Source of the DNA: Utricularia gibba
Taxonomy: Eukaryota; Plantae; Magnoliophyta
Length of the DNA stretch: 64,000 bases
Reading direction: 5' to 3'
NCBI GenBank assembly: GCA_002189035.1
Contig: NEEC01000015.1
Location: 2,046,001 to 2,110,000 of the forward strand
Part shown: one piece after another, positions 24,823-35,066 of the stretch
How the letters are laid out: every line of letters starts with the position of its first letter
How positions within the stretch are numbered: position 1 is the stretch's first letter
Notes under the pieces: generated by a model
Told to the model about the DNA's origin: nothing
The model's input: only the letters and a program-made list of their open reading frames with translations
Database searches by the model: none
Translations under genes and position numbers: made by a program

Positions 24823-27169
24823 TTATGCTGCTCCAACCTTTTGGGCCTTGCTACGATGGCCTGAATCGTGCTTGCCCCCGAAATGCCTACCGCCCCTCTG
24901 CCGCTTCCCACCCCTGTGTTGTGTGCTGCACATTCTGAGGATACATGTCCTTGGAATTTGTAAAAAAATGAAGTGACTTTTTACCTTCCGCGATTGTCCC
25001 TGAAGTTTCCTCTGTGTTTGCCTTGGTTTGCACGTAGTTGGCCCCAATATTCCTTCTCCGCTTCGCCTAGTGTCAGAGATTATCTTCATGAACATCGCAG
25101 TAGCAAACAAAGATCATATGAGAACGCAAACCTGTAACAGGATCCAGGATGGCAATGAAGTTTTTCACCACCAGACCACCTTCCTTCGCAAGTACTGCTG
25201 CTGCTCGAGCTTTTTGAGCAGCTTCTGCTTCTTCGAATCTAATGTATCCAGATTCTGAGCCAATCTTGAAATCAACGAACTGCAGAGACAATAAAAAAAA
25301 TTATTCAAAGGATGATTCAAACTGCAACACATTGATACAGAAATGCCTGGACTTGGCAGACTTCAGGTATATACGCCAGAAGCAGGAGATTCTTGGGGGA
25401 ATATGGGGATTCACATGTCTATAAAACATACAGCAGGAGCACCAAACTAATTTCGCGTCAGGCTAAATTGAAAAGAATGGGGAAAGAACTGAAATGTAAC
25501 CTTGACGGTTCCAAATTTCCGGAAAATATCTTTCAGATCTTCTCTAAGAACAACATTTTTGTCATTTATGTAGGTAGCAAGTGTTGATTTTTCTTCAGTT
25601 GGCCCTTCATCAATGTCACTTGCAATGTCTTCAGGTTTCTCAGCATCCTCTGGATTCTCATTATTTTCAGATTTACAAGCAACGAAATCTTGTGCATCAT
25701 CCACTGATTTAACATGGGCATCATCCCTTTCAGCATCTAGGACTTCGCTGTCAGCATTTCCTGATTCATTTTTCACATCATGGGCATCAGGTGCATTCCT
25801 ACAACTTACTGGCTCATTATTATCGACATTTCCTGAATCTGCTGCAGCAATCTTCTTTAATTCGAATGATACAATAAGGCCCTTGGGATACCTGTTACAG
25901 TGATGTACTGTCAGACATACAACATTGCATGAAAGAAACATAAAACTCGATGCATACTCAGGTTCTATTTTGGGATTTTCCTTCCAGTTTGGACCTCGTT
26001 GAGAATGACTTTTCACAACGTCTTTCTCTTTAACAGCTCTTTCTTCATCAAATTCCTTCCTGTATGAATGAAAACGCCACAGATGAGAACATGCCAAATT
26101 AACATTACATAGATGTGACTAAGAGGAAATCGTCAGGGTAAGGCGCCTAAAAAATCAAGAGTTCTGTTCGAAAATATACTTTGGTTTTATTTCTAATTTA
26201 ACCCCTGAATAACTCAAGGATTGCGTTAGAACATTTTTAGCATCTTCTTCATTAGAAAACTCAATCAAAGCTGTGCCACAAAACACCCTATTGTCGGCAA
26301 CATGACGAGGCATCCTCACACTGTTCACCTATCATAAGAAAAAAAAAGATTGATAACTTTGAAAAAAGGAACAAGAATCCGGACTATAATGACCTGACTG
26401 TGGACTTATTGATTAGGAATACCTTAGCAATCCGCCAAAGAAGGATTGTATATCTTCGAGCTTAACATCATACTCAAGGGGTGAGGCAGCCACAGTTCTT
26501 TCATCAGACTGCTTAATAGCCTCATCTACATTTGGAAGTTCAGTGGACCTACCAACCTTCTTCCCTTCACAAAATACAAAAAACGGAACATCAACCAGAT
26601 AAAGAGTCTCAACCATCCGGAAATCAGTTCCTCTAAACACACTCACCATCCTCAGAAATCCTCAGAAACGCAGATGTCTTCAATGTTTCAGCAACTGCAT
26701 TAAGTGTGCTTTCTGGTATTTCTTCTGGTTTCACATCTCCCAAGCATAAGTGTGCTCTCATCCGAGAAAACGAAGAAATCAAAGACAAGCTCACCACTAG
26801 AATCAAGGTACGAAACACCCGTTAGATAACACCCCCGAAAAGATTATCAGATAACTAATCAACAACAGTAAAAATTCAGAGTTAAAACACTTGTACTATC
26901 AAACACAAAACAAGCACTGCATATGCGTAGAACATTACTTCCATCATCACTCTCCGCTAAGGTTTTCTTCAAAAACGCATCCCGAGGAAGGTTACTGTCG
27001 CTGAAATAGAACTCCACCTGACAAAAAGCCGCCACCAAAGAAAAGAAACTGAGATTGCTCTCGGATAATCTCGAACTGAAACCTTCATCTTATTCAAAAT
27101 TGAACATTGAATCACCTGACGAATAACTTTGTTCGCGGTTTCTTCGTCCAACGATGTAGCCGTCGCCAT
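24823..27169 (-). CDS. LA1: La protein 1 (La motif, RRM1, RRM2)
   Basis: MATATSLDEETANKVIRQ|VEFYFSDSNLPRD, SFSRMR, VRMPRHVA..RVFCGTALIEF, VLREDLK.IF.KFGTVK|FVDFKIG..SGYIRFE and EAEKEYW. Exon 4/5 junction is one base short unless an alternative acceptor is used. Confidence 0.93.
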
Positions 27170-27292
27170 GACTGCCGCTCGTAAGGTGGTGGAGATTTTT
27201 CTAGGGTTCTGGGGCACATACATAGGCGCCAGATATTTTACACGACTTTCCTTTTCCTTCATAATGGGACCCACTTCTCAGCCAACGGGCTT

Positions 27293-27317
27293 GGCCCATC
27301 ATCACACATTAGGCCCA
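27293..27317. promoter_or_regulatory. Two site II elements (GGCCCA) upstream of La1
   Basis: GGCCCA at 27293-27298 and 27312-27317, about 125-150 bp upstream of the La1 ATG. Typical of plant housekeeping and ribosome-related promoters. Confidence 0.5.
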
Positions 27318-27917
27318 TCTTTCCCTTCTGTTTCTTTTCTTTTTTTTGTATTATATATATTCTCTGATTTTCTTTTTATTTTCGTACTATTCACTGGAAT
27401 CCTTGTAGAACAAGTGTTTCTCAAATTTGTGGAGAGTTTGTTCTGTGCCCTTTGGAGCAGAAATGTCAATGAACTCCTGCACTGCACTGCAGTGCACAGC
27501 AAGAATGTAGAAACCTGCTCCTCGTCTCCCATTCCATCCAAAATCCAGATTACTTTTCCTTCAGTTGATATCGAAGCTGCCATGGGAAAAGCCTGGGCCT
27601 CATCCTACAAAGCAAAAGAATTGCCAGTCCTAAAGCTTGTGCATTTCAGGTTCCAAAATTTGTCACTGCCCACCTAGGGAAGGAGATCGCGTTATTGAAA
27701 TATGGACTTGTCAGCAACACGAAGAAAGAATTTTTTTACCATCGATGCATTAAGAAGACCTGCTTACCTTACATGTATGTACAGAGGCGCTGGTAGTCTG
27801 ATAATGTACAACAGTGTCATTTGAAAGGTTGTTAAGATCTGGATTGACCGTCCAGAGAAAATTAAAATCGGCGAAGTTCAGTGTTGCTCACCTCAAACAC
27901 GAACAAACGAGTGATGC

Positions 27918-29626
27918 TCACTCTATCTTGAAACCAGCTAAGTGTTTCTTCAGCTCCATATTTTGTTGCTGATAGGCACAACATGGCACACAATATTAGT
28001 AATACACATGTGAAAAGCACAACAGCCGGTTCTTGGGGCAATTTCAAAGCACCATGTCAAGGAGATTTTGCACCTCATAGAGCGCCCTCAAGCCTTCTTC
28101 AAATTTTAACTGCAGAGTGACCCAGGCCATTGCCATCTCAAACTCTATGGTGTTGCATTGGGAGTAATGAGAGGTGGAGATTGTGCTCCTCTGCAGCGGT
28201 ATGCCAAAGAAAACAATAGAAGTTAGAGCAGAAGAGTTACCTGACATGATCATCTATCTACTCCGAATTTGGAAGGGAGAGAGAGCATTATTTACAGTTT
28301 GCATCTGACGCTTTGGTTTTTCAAAACCCAAGTGTCCAAAAAAGAGCATTTTACTGCCAAAATAGTTAGAAAGATTTCCAACACGAGCTATCAAAGGCCT
28401 GCCAACAGCAAATCTTCATTCACAGTAAGTCGATATTTGAAAGGCATTGCATGAGAACGTTTTAACAATGAACCTTTGATTCGGTAACATTAAGCACTTC
28501 TCTTTCAGCGTTCTCAAAATCCTATCTACTGCTCCTCTGGTTTTAAATATGGCAAGAGCTTGGCCTGAAACACAAAGATGCAAACGGAAAGTACATCAGG
28601 TGACCAAGCATCCAACTTTCTTAGGGAGAAGGTTTGAAGTATTCCAACACCATGACAGATTATATGAAGCATCAAACCAGAACAGGTAAAATGACAAGCC
28701 ACTGTTGATTAAACATGACGGGAAGGACATTATGTTAAAAATATAGTGAAATGGTTAACAAAGAGAACCAAAAGAAATAGTGTACTTAACACTATTACCA
28801 TAGCGGGGATTAAATATAATAAGATGTGGCACCACTTTCACAGTGCATTCCTCATCAAATGCATGCCAGATGATATCCTGCAAGCAGCATCACGAGATAT
28901 GAATTAGACATTACTTAAGTGAGACGTTGCAATACAGCTACTTATTGCAAACTTGCCAACAGCGCTATGCAGGAAAAAAAAAGAACGGAAATTCCATGCC
29001 AAATTGAGAGGTCTGAGACAACCAAATTGCGTTTGTAGTGAAGCACATCATTAGCAAGTCATAGAATCACCAAATTTAACTAAAAACCAAGAATCATGGA
29101 TTGGTTAGACTAACAAGTCAGAATAGCTTGTCTTGCCAAAGAAGTACTACAAAAGCATCGGTTTCTTTACTAAAATAACCAACAAAACAAATCACTTTCC
29201 ACGTCAGCATCTAGTATAGATGAAAATGCGCACATGAACATCAATATGTAAATCAAGTATTTGAGAAGAAGTTAGGATTATGGGCTAGAAGTAGAATGAC
29301 TTGCCTCTACTTCTCCAGAGGTGTATCTTGGATCTAGATTCTGAAATAGAACCAATCTTCCATCACTTTGAGCAGATTTTAGTCTTTCCTCCCAAGGCTT
29401 ATACCAAAAGTAATGAACATGAGGGCTCAAAATTTGCACTCAAACAAAAGGCATTGATATGATTTAGTGAACTCACCAATTTTATCCAGTTGGTCTTTTC
29501 CTGCAAGAAAATGAAACTAAAATTAGAAAGAATACGAAAAGACCAACTGAATAGTGAAATACAAAACTGGTTAAAAGCCAACAAGAAAATGCAAAATTAC
29601 ATCTACAGTACTACAGTAGGAACAGG

Positions 29627-29702
<76 letters not shown>

Positions 29703-31967
29703 GAAGAAGAAGAAGAAGAAGAACAACAACAACAACAAGAAAAAATTCACCACTATTGAAAGGAAACTGAATAGTGAAATACAAGATGTAATTGATTGAC
29801 TTGTTCAAAGAATAGTTGGTTGTAGGTATCTTCTAAATACGCAAGAACAATACAATGAATAACACAACTGAACTCGTGAAACAAGAAAATTAGTTCAAGA
29901 CAAGAAAATAACAGGAGTAGATTCCCAACTTACAACACCAGGCTTCTTGGTGACATTGAATACTTTAACCTCATGCTTTCTCTGTTCCTTGTGATTGAGC
30001 CCTTTGCTTGCACTAGAAGGCCCTGAAGCTTTTTCCATAGACTTGAAATTTGAAGTCAAACATTTGTCAACATTCATAGGGAGATGGTCCTTCTTGACAA
30101 GTAGTCTAGACTTGGGAATTTCACCCATTTCCAAATTTCTTACTCTACCACAAGGAAAACTATTGCTTTTAGAAAACTTTTCCCTACAATGATCACTTGC
30201 TGGCATGCTCTTTTCCCTACGATCCTTCAAATTAGACTCAGCCCCCCTTGATAACATGAAACTTGATAATTTCCCTGCCAAAGCATCTTCACTTTTTTGC
30301 ATGAGGGAAGGTGTTCTTTTGGACATTGTCATATTTTCATTCATACAAATTGTATCTCCACCATTCCCAAGTTCTCTTAAACCATATGAATTTGCGTTGG
30401 TATTTTCTGACTTAGAGATGTCTAGCACAGAGGTCATTTTGAATATCTCAGAAGTATCTGAATGCTCAAACTCACTACGTTGTGAAGCAGGAACTCCATC
30501 AATATTTTTTAATCTCTTCGTAGAAGCATTCTCCAAAAGCTCATTTTTCAAAGTAGACATCCTATCATCACTATGATGAACAGACTCCCCAAGCAAATTA
30601 TCATGCAGCAATGGTTTTGTATGTGCATCCTTCCTTTTCATTACACCGTTATTACCTTGTGGATTGGAGGCATGCTCAAAATACATTCTCTTGAGGCCAT
30701 TCAGAGTGTCAATTGTATTAAATACAAACTGGACTGCAACAAAATGATACCGCAAAAACATGAACATTTGAAATAATTTGAAACAAAATGGAAAACCTAC
30801 TTGAATAATGCTTGGTTACAATGAAATCCAATGTTTTGAAAAGCCATTACCTTCTAGCCCACCAATGTTATCTTCCATTTTATCCGAGATTCTGCAGCAT
30901 GCAACATCAAACACACGATAGAAGACAAAATCAGCCATCACGAGATATTCTTCTGCAGGTTGTGGATTCCTAACATCCTTCGAAATACAAACAACGTGAC
31001 ACTTCTCAGCAACTGCTTCCTATTGATATAAATATAAATTGGTGTACCCCATTCCAATAACAAAAAATCTGATAACCATGTAAATTAGCAGTATGCTATG
31101 CAGCGGATATTCCATAGTTTAAATTCAATCATGAAGTATGAAAACAAACAAAAGTTCAAAGCTAATTGTTTCAGTTCAGCAACCATTTAGCCAGACAATC
31201 ATTACTGAAGACATGATCAATGGAAAGCAGAACAACGTAACTTAAAACCACAAGCAACAATTTAAAAAATAAAAAGACCAGCAAATGATGAAACAGAGAT
31301 CCTACTATCTATAAAAACAACTGGGAATTACAAAAATATAAAAACATCTCATGATAATGACAAAAAGATCACCAATGTCCACTGATTTTTTTACAGCACG
31401 GGTTATTTTAGTACCCATTTCAATAGTTGCGTCAGGAAGCAGAATTCATGTAATTTAACATAAAAAAAATGCATGAATCAAAAGTATAACCACTATGGAA
31501 TAAACAATTTACTTCAAAATCAACACGCTACAGTGAACAGCCATTCAAAAATCAGAAAAAATAGCATAGAAATAATGCTCCTTAATTACCAGAGGGTTGA
31601 TATTTGAAAGCCCACGCCCTTCACCAGATGCGAAAAACAGTTCATTCTCCAATACCTTCTCGTCTCTCAAGTAGTAAGAAATTTCTGAAGGCCTAAAAAA
31701 CCAATGAATCTTTACTCTCTTGGTCTTGTCGCAATTTTCCCAAGCTTTGACAATTTTTCCAACATATGGCTCTGGCGCATTCTTGTTGTACATGTACACT
31801 GAGTCGTACAATTGGTACTCCACGCCATCATAGGAAAAGGAATGATAAAATTGTACGTCCCCCATTTTCCCTCCCTTGCCACCTTTCTTACCCCACTGAA
31901 AGTCGAACCCCCCAAGCTTCTCCAATGAAGACAAACTAGACATGTTCATACCATGCTCTCTTGGCAT
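27918..31967 (-). CDS. ASI1: ANTI-SILENCING 1 (BAH + RRM protein; ASI1/IBM2/SG1)
   Basis: BAH: FQWGKKGG..VQFY.SFSYDGVEYQLYDSVY..PEPYVGK..WFFRPSEI..NELFFASGEG.GLSNINPL|EAVAEKCHVVCISKDVRNPQP. RRM: PWEERL...LVLFQNLDPRYTSGEVE|DIIWHAF. Tail STSHYSQCNTIEFEMAMAW and QQNMELKKHLAGFKIE* (TGA 27918-27920). Start codon is uncertain (31967, 31949 or 31943). Confidence 0.9.
29303..29304 (-). other. GC 5' splice site (GC-AG intron) in ASI1
   Basis: GTAGAG|GCAAGT is a full-consensus GC donor and joins in frame to cttgcag|GATATCATCTGG (EVE|DIIW). Confidence 0.8.
29633..29738. repeat. Compound microsatellite (GA)33-G-(GAA)8-(CAA)5 in an ASI1 intron
   Basis: Read directly from the sequence. Confidence 0.97.
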
Positions 31968-32794
31968 CACAGTGAAAAAATCTGAGACCAAAGAACAGCA
32001 GATGATAGGGTAAATAAGTCATACACGTTATTCTATAACAAAAAACTGCTAATACCGTTTGAAAGAAAGCGAATGAATCGTTCATTGTGGAATGTAGATA
32101 AAAAACCTCAGATGAAAAGCTTGCTCTTTAACTGAAAATGCAAAAGCGTGCGCAGAATCAGCTATACGTTACGTATACAAAACAAACAAAAAAGATGTTT
32201 TTAGATAAGAACAGGGAAGTAGATTACCCGTCCACCACAGTTTGCGGAAAAAAGTCATCAACAGTGAAACAGGCGTATCCAACACGAAAACGAAAATACC
32301 GAAGCAAAATATGTTTAAACCAAAAACACCCACCCTTACTCAAAACAGAAAATTTAGGAACTAAAAGCCCCACAGCCTGCAGAAAATTTCCGGAAGCAAA
32401 TATAATCAAACTACTAAAACAGAAAATTAATAACCGCCAACGTTAACATAGAAGACAGCCGAAAAGGATTCATGCACGTACGATGCGAAACTGCAGAGGA
32501 GCCCTAATTCACTTTCGTTCCGCGCCAATGTTCCGATCAGTCACACCGCAAAGATACCACTCTCCTCGAGCGTGCAGCTCGCTGAAGGCGGAGCAGCGGA
32601 AGAATTTAAATGTAAGGCGAAATTAATGATAGCCTGGGAACGTGTGAGTCAATTTTTAGCGCGCTACTTGTATATCGGATTGGGTTGATATGAGATGATC
32701 CAGTAACCCAAATAAAGCCCATACCCGACCCGAACCATAGGTTCACCCATATTCCATTTAATATTTATTATATTACTAAATTTGATAATTATTT

Positions 32795-33686
32795 TCACTT
32801 CACTCCGAAACCTTCACAAATCTCGGCAAAAACATCGTAGATGATCCCGTGATACGAGACATGGTTGAGGTGCAAGAACCATAGCAGCATCTTCTTCAGA
32901 TCCTCCTTGGCAAACATCTTCTTCTCTAAGATCATCTCCATCATCGATTCTCTGAAATCTCCGCGAGGATCGTCCGATCTCTTCGCCACCGCATAGCTGC
33001 CGCCGACCGCCCCGCCGCAGTCCATTACGCGACGAGTATTCCGGCGCCGGAGTCTAGCCCCGGAAGTGCTTGTGCTCTTGTAGTAAGCCCTAGTTAAGCC
33101 AGTGTCCCACCCCAACCCGTCTTTAACGTGCCCATTATCTACCAAAATAAAACAATGGCAGCAAGAGGTATTTAGAGTATTTTATTCCATTTTGCTACGT
33201 GTATTATGATCATCTTACCACGGGGTTTGGTTCGAGAGGAGATCGCCGCAGGTTGTTTCTTGGTTTCTCCGGCGGGGATTTTTGTAGCGCCAGTGGCGGC
33301 GGATTTGGGGACTCTGCATCTGCTTATGAAGCCATCAAAAGAGACAGCAGCGACCTCGTCCGGCAACGTCCCGATTCTCCGGCTGGCGAACGAGTGGCAG
33401 GAAAGAGAAGAATGGCAACGAAAAGCCTCGCTTCCGGCTCCGGGGCTGGTGAAGCAGCCACTGTCCAACGAGTAACTCCGGTTGACGCGGCGATCACAGC
33501 CCCCCGAAAAGTTCTGCGGTCACGACGAGGATCTGCTCCGCAAGACTGAGAGTTCTTGTAGCTTTGGGAGGTTTTATCGGGAACTGATTCTTCTGAAGCA
33601 TCACAGAGAAGACGGAGGAACTGACAAGAAGTGAAAGAAGGAGGGAAAACACGAGAGAGCTTCTGCTTCTGCTGCGCTCCTTTCAT
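32795..33686 (-). CDS. OFP: OVATE family transcriptional repressor (OFP7/8-like); 2 exons, one apparent +1 frameshift error
   Basis: OVATE domain SYAVAKRSDDPRGDFRESMMEMILEKKMF..DL..LL.FL.LN..YH.II..VF.EI. An 80-nt GT-AG intron (33218-33139) joins it in frame to LDSGCFTS...SSLSCHSF. The N-terminus MKGAQQKQKLSRVFPPSFTSC joins after adding one base to the C6 run at 33500-33505. Confidence 0.8.
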
Positions 33687-34621
33687 GGCGGTGAAAGGCT
33701 AAGCCGCTGGGAGCCTTGGCCTGACGAAATGTAACTGGATTTTTATAGCCGTAGCAACCGCTTTTCAAATGTTGAACCTCCACATCGTTTTATTTAGTTA
33801 TACTCACTGTCTTTCAGTAGTTATACCTATGTTACTGTTATCTTAGCTGACATGTAATTTTTCAAAGGCTATGGATTAAGTTCTGAGCGTACAAGGAAGC
33901 AGAGGTGAAGGCGATTTGAAATTGGGAGCAGTTTCTGGAAAGGGTGCAGTTTCCAAAAGCTACCAGACAGGTTTTGTTCACAGGTCTATCACTTACAAAT
34001 TTCCCTCCTTGTGTTGCTGTGTGTTGGTGTAGGGTGAAGACGTTATGGGTCCTAACCAGAGATCCACAGTAGACGCTTTCAATCTTTATCTAATTACAAA
34101 CGATGAGATCATCTGTTGTCTCCTTGCTTCCATGCTCGTGTGCATGGGCCACAACATGAAATTCAAAAAGGCATAAGAGACCCGATCCGACCATTCAAGG
34201 CTAGGGTTTCATCATATGATAAATTATATATAATTAATAATTGATTGTATATAATTTTTTTTTATGTACATGAACTTCATGTATTTGTTGAATTCATCGA
34301 ATTTTGAATTTCAAAATAGAGTGATTATGTATGGCCAGGTTTGTAAGAGAGATCACACCCAACCTGGATCAAAACTTGAAATGTGAGATTTGAGTAGAAT
34401 GGGTTGTTGAGTTGATAGGATGGCATGATGGAAGGAGGAGCAGAGGTAAGTTGATGGCACTGTTGGTCTCGTGTGTGTGGGCCGCGTAAAAACAGGAGGA
34501 TAACAACATATTCTTCTTATTATGTCCCTGACCTGAACCCCACCAGAAGCTACGCACCAAAAACACAAGGGTGTGGAATCCCGGCGTTTCGAATGCGAAA
34601 ACGACTTGCCCGAACCAAATC

Positions 34622-34680
34622 CTTGTGTTTATGAACAGCCGGAAACTTGTGTTTATGAACGAACGGAAACTTGTGTTTAG
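34622..34680. repeat. 24-bp tandem repeat, about 2.5 copies (CTTGTGTTTATGAAC..CGGAAA)
   Basis: Units at 34622-34645, 34646-34669 and a partial unit at 34670-34680, between the OFP start and the tRNA. Confidence 0.85.
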
Positions 34681-34847
34681 TGAAGTAGGTTGATTTTATA
34701 CGGGAGGGATTTTGCACTGGGTACATTTCTAATATCCGATGTAATTTTGGATGCAATGTAATATGTAAGTTTCAAAAACATTTTGGATTTTATTCAAAAA
34801 ACGGAATTTAAAATATTGACTATTGGGCCGACGTATTTATTCTTAGG

Positions 34848-34852
34848 AAAAA
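34848..34852 (-). terminator. RNA polymerase III oligo-T terminator of tRNA-Leu
   Basis: TTTTT on the minus strand about 6 nt after the tRNA 3' end. Confidence 0.8.
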
Positions 34853-34857
34853 GTGTA

Positions 34858-34941
34858 TGTCAGAAGTGGGATTTGAACCCACGCCCTCTCTCGAAGACCA
34901 GAACTTGAGTCTGGCGCCTTAGACCACTCGGCCATCCTGAC
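34858..34941 (-). tRNA. trnL-CAA: tRNA-Leu(CAA), nuclear type, 84 nt, no intron
   Basis: GTCAGGATGGCCGAGTGGTCTAAGGCGCCAGACTCAAGTTCTGGTCTTCGAGAGAGGGCGTGGGTTCAAATCCCACTTCTGACA. Has an acceptor stem, A box, CAA anticodon loop, long variable arm and GTTCAAATC B box. Confidence 0.98.
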
Positions 34942-35066
34942 TAGTGTGAAGCTTGTTTACAAAAATATCAACAAAACAACATTTCTTTCTACAACCCACT
35001 CACCTTCTCCTTCTTCAGAACAGTTGATGATCTCCGGAGTGTAGTGTTGCTGAATGTTCATCCTCC

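Noticed and set aside
29490-29808. ORFs with poly-RE / poly-SL tracts
   Set aside because: Translations of the intronic (GA)n/(GAA)n microsatellite.
24823-34941. La protein gene near a tRNA gene (La binds pre-tRNA 3' UUU)
   Set aside because: 8 kb apart with two genes between them; no mechanism links genomic proximity to function.
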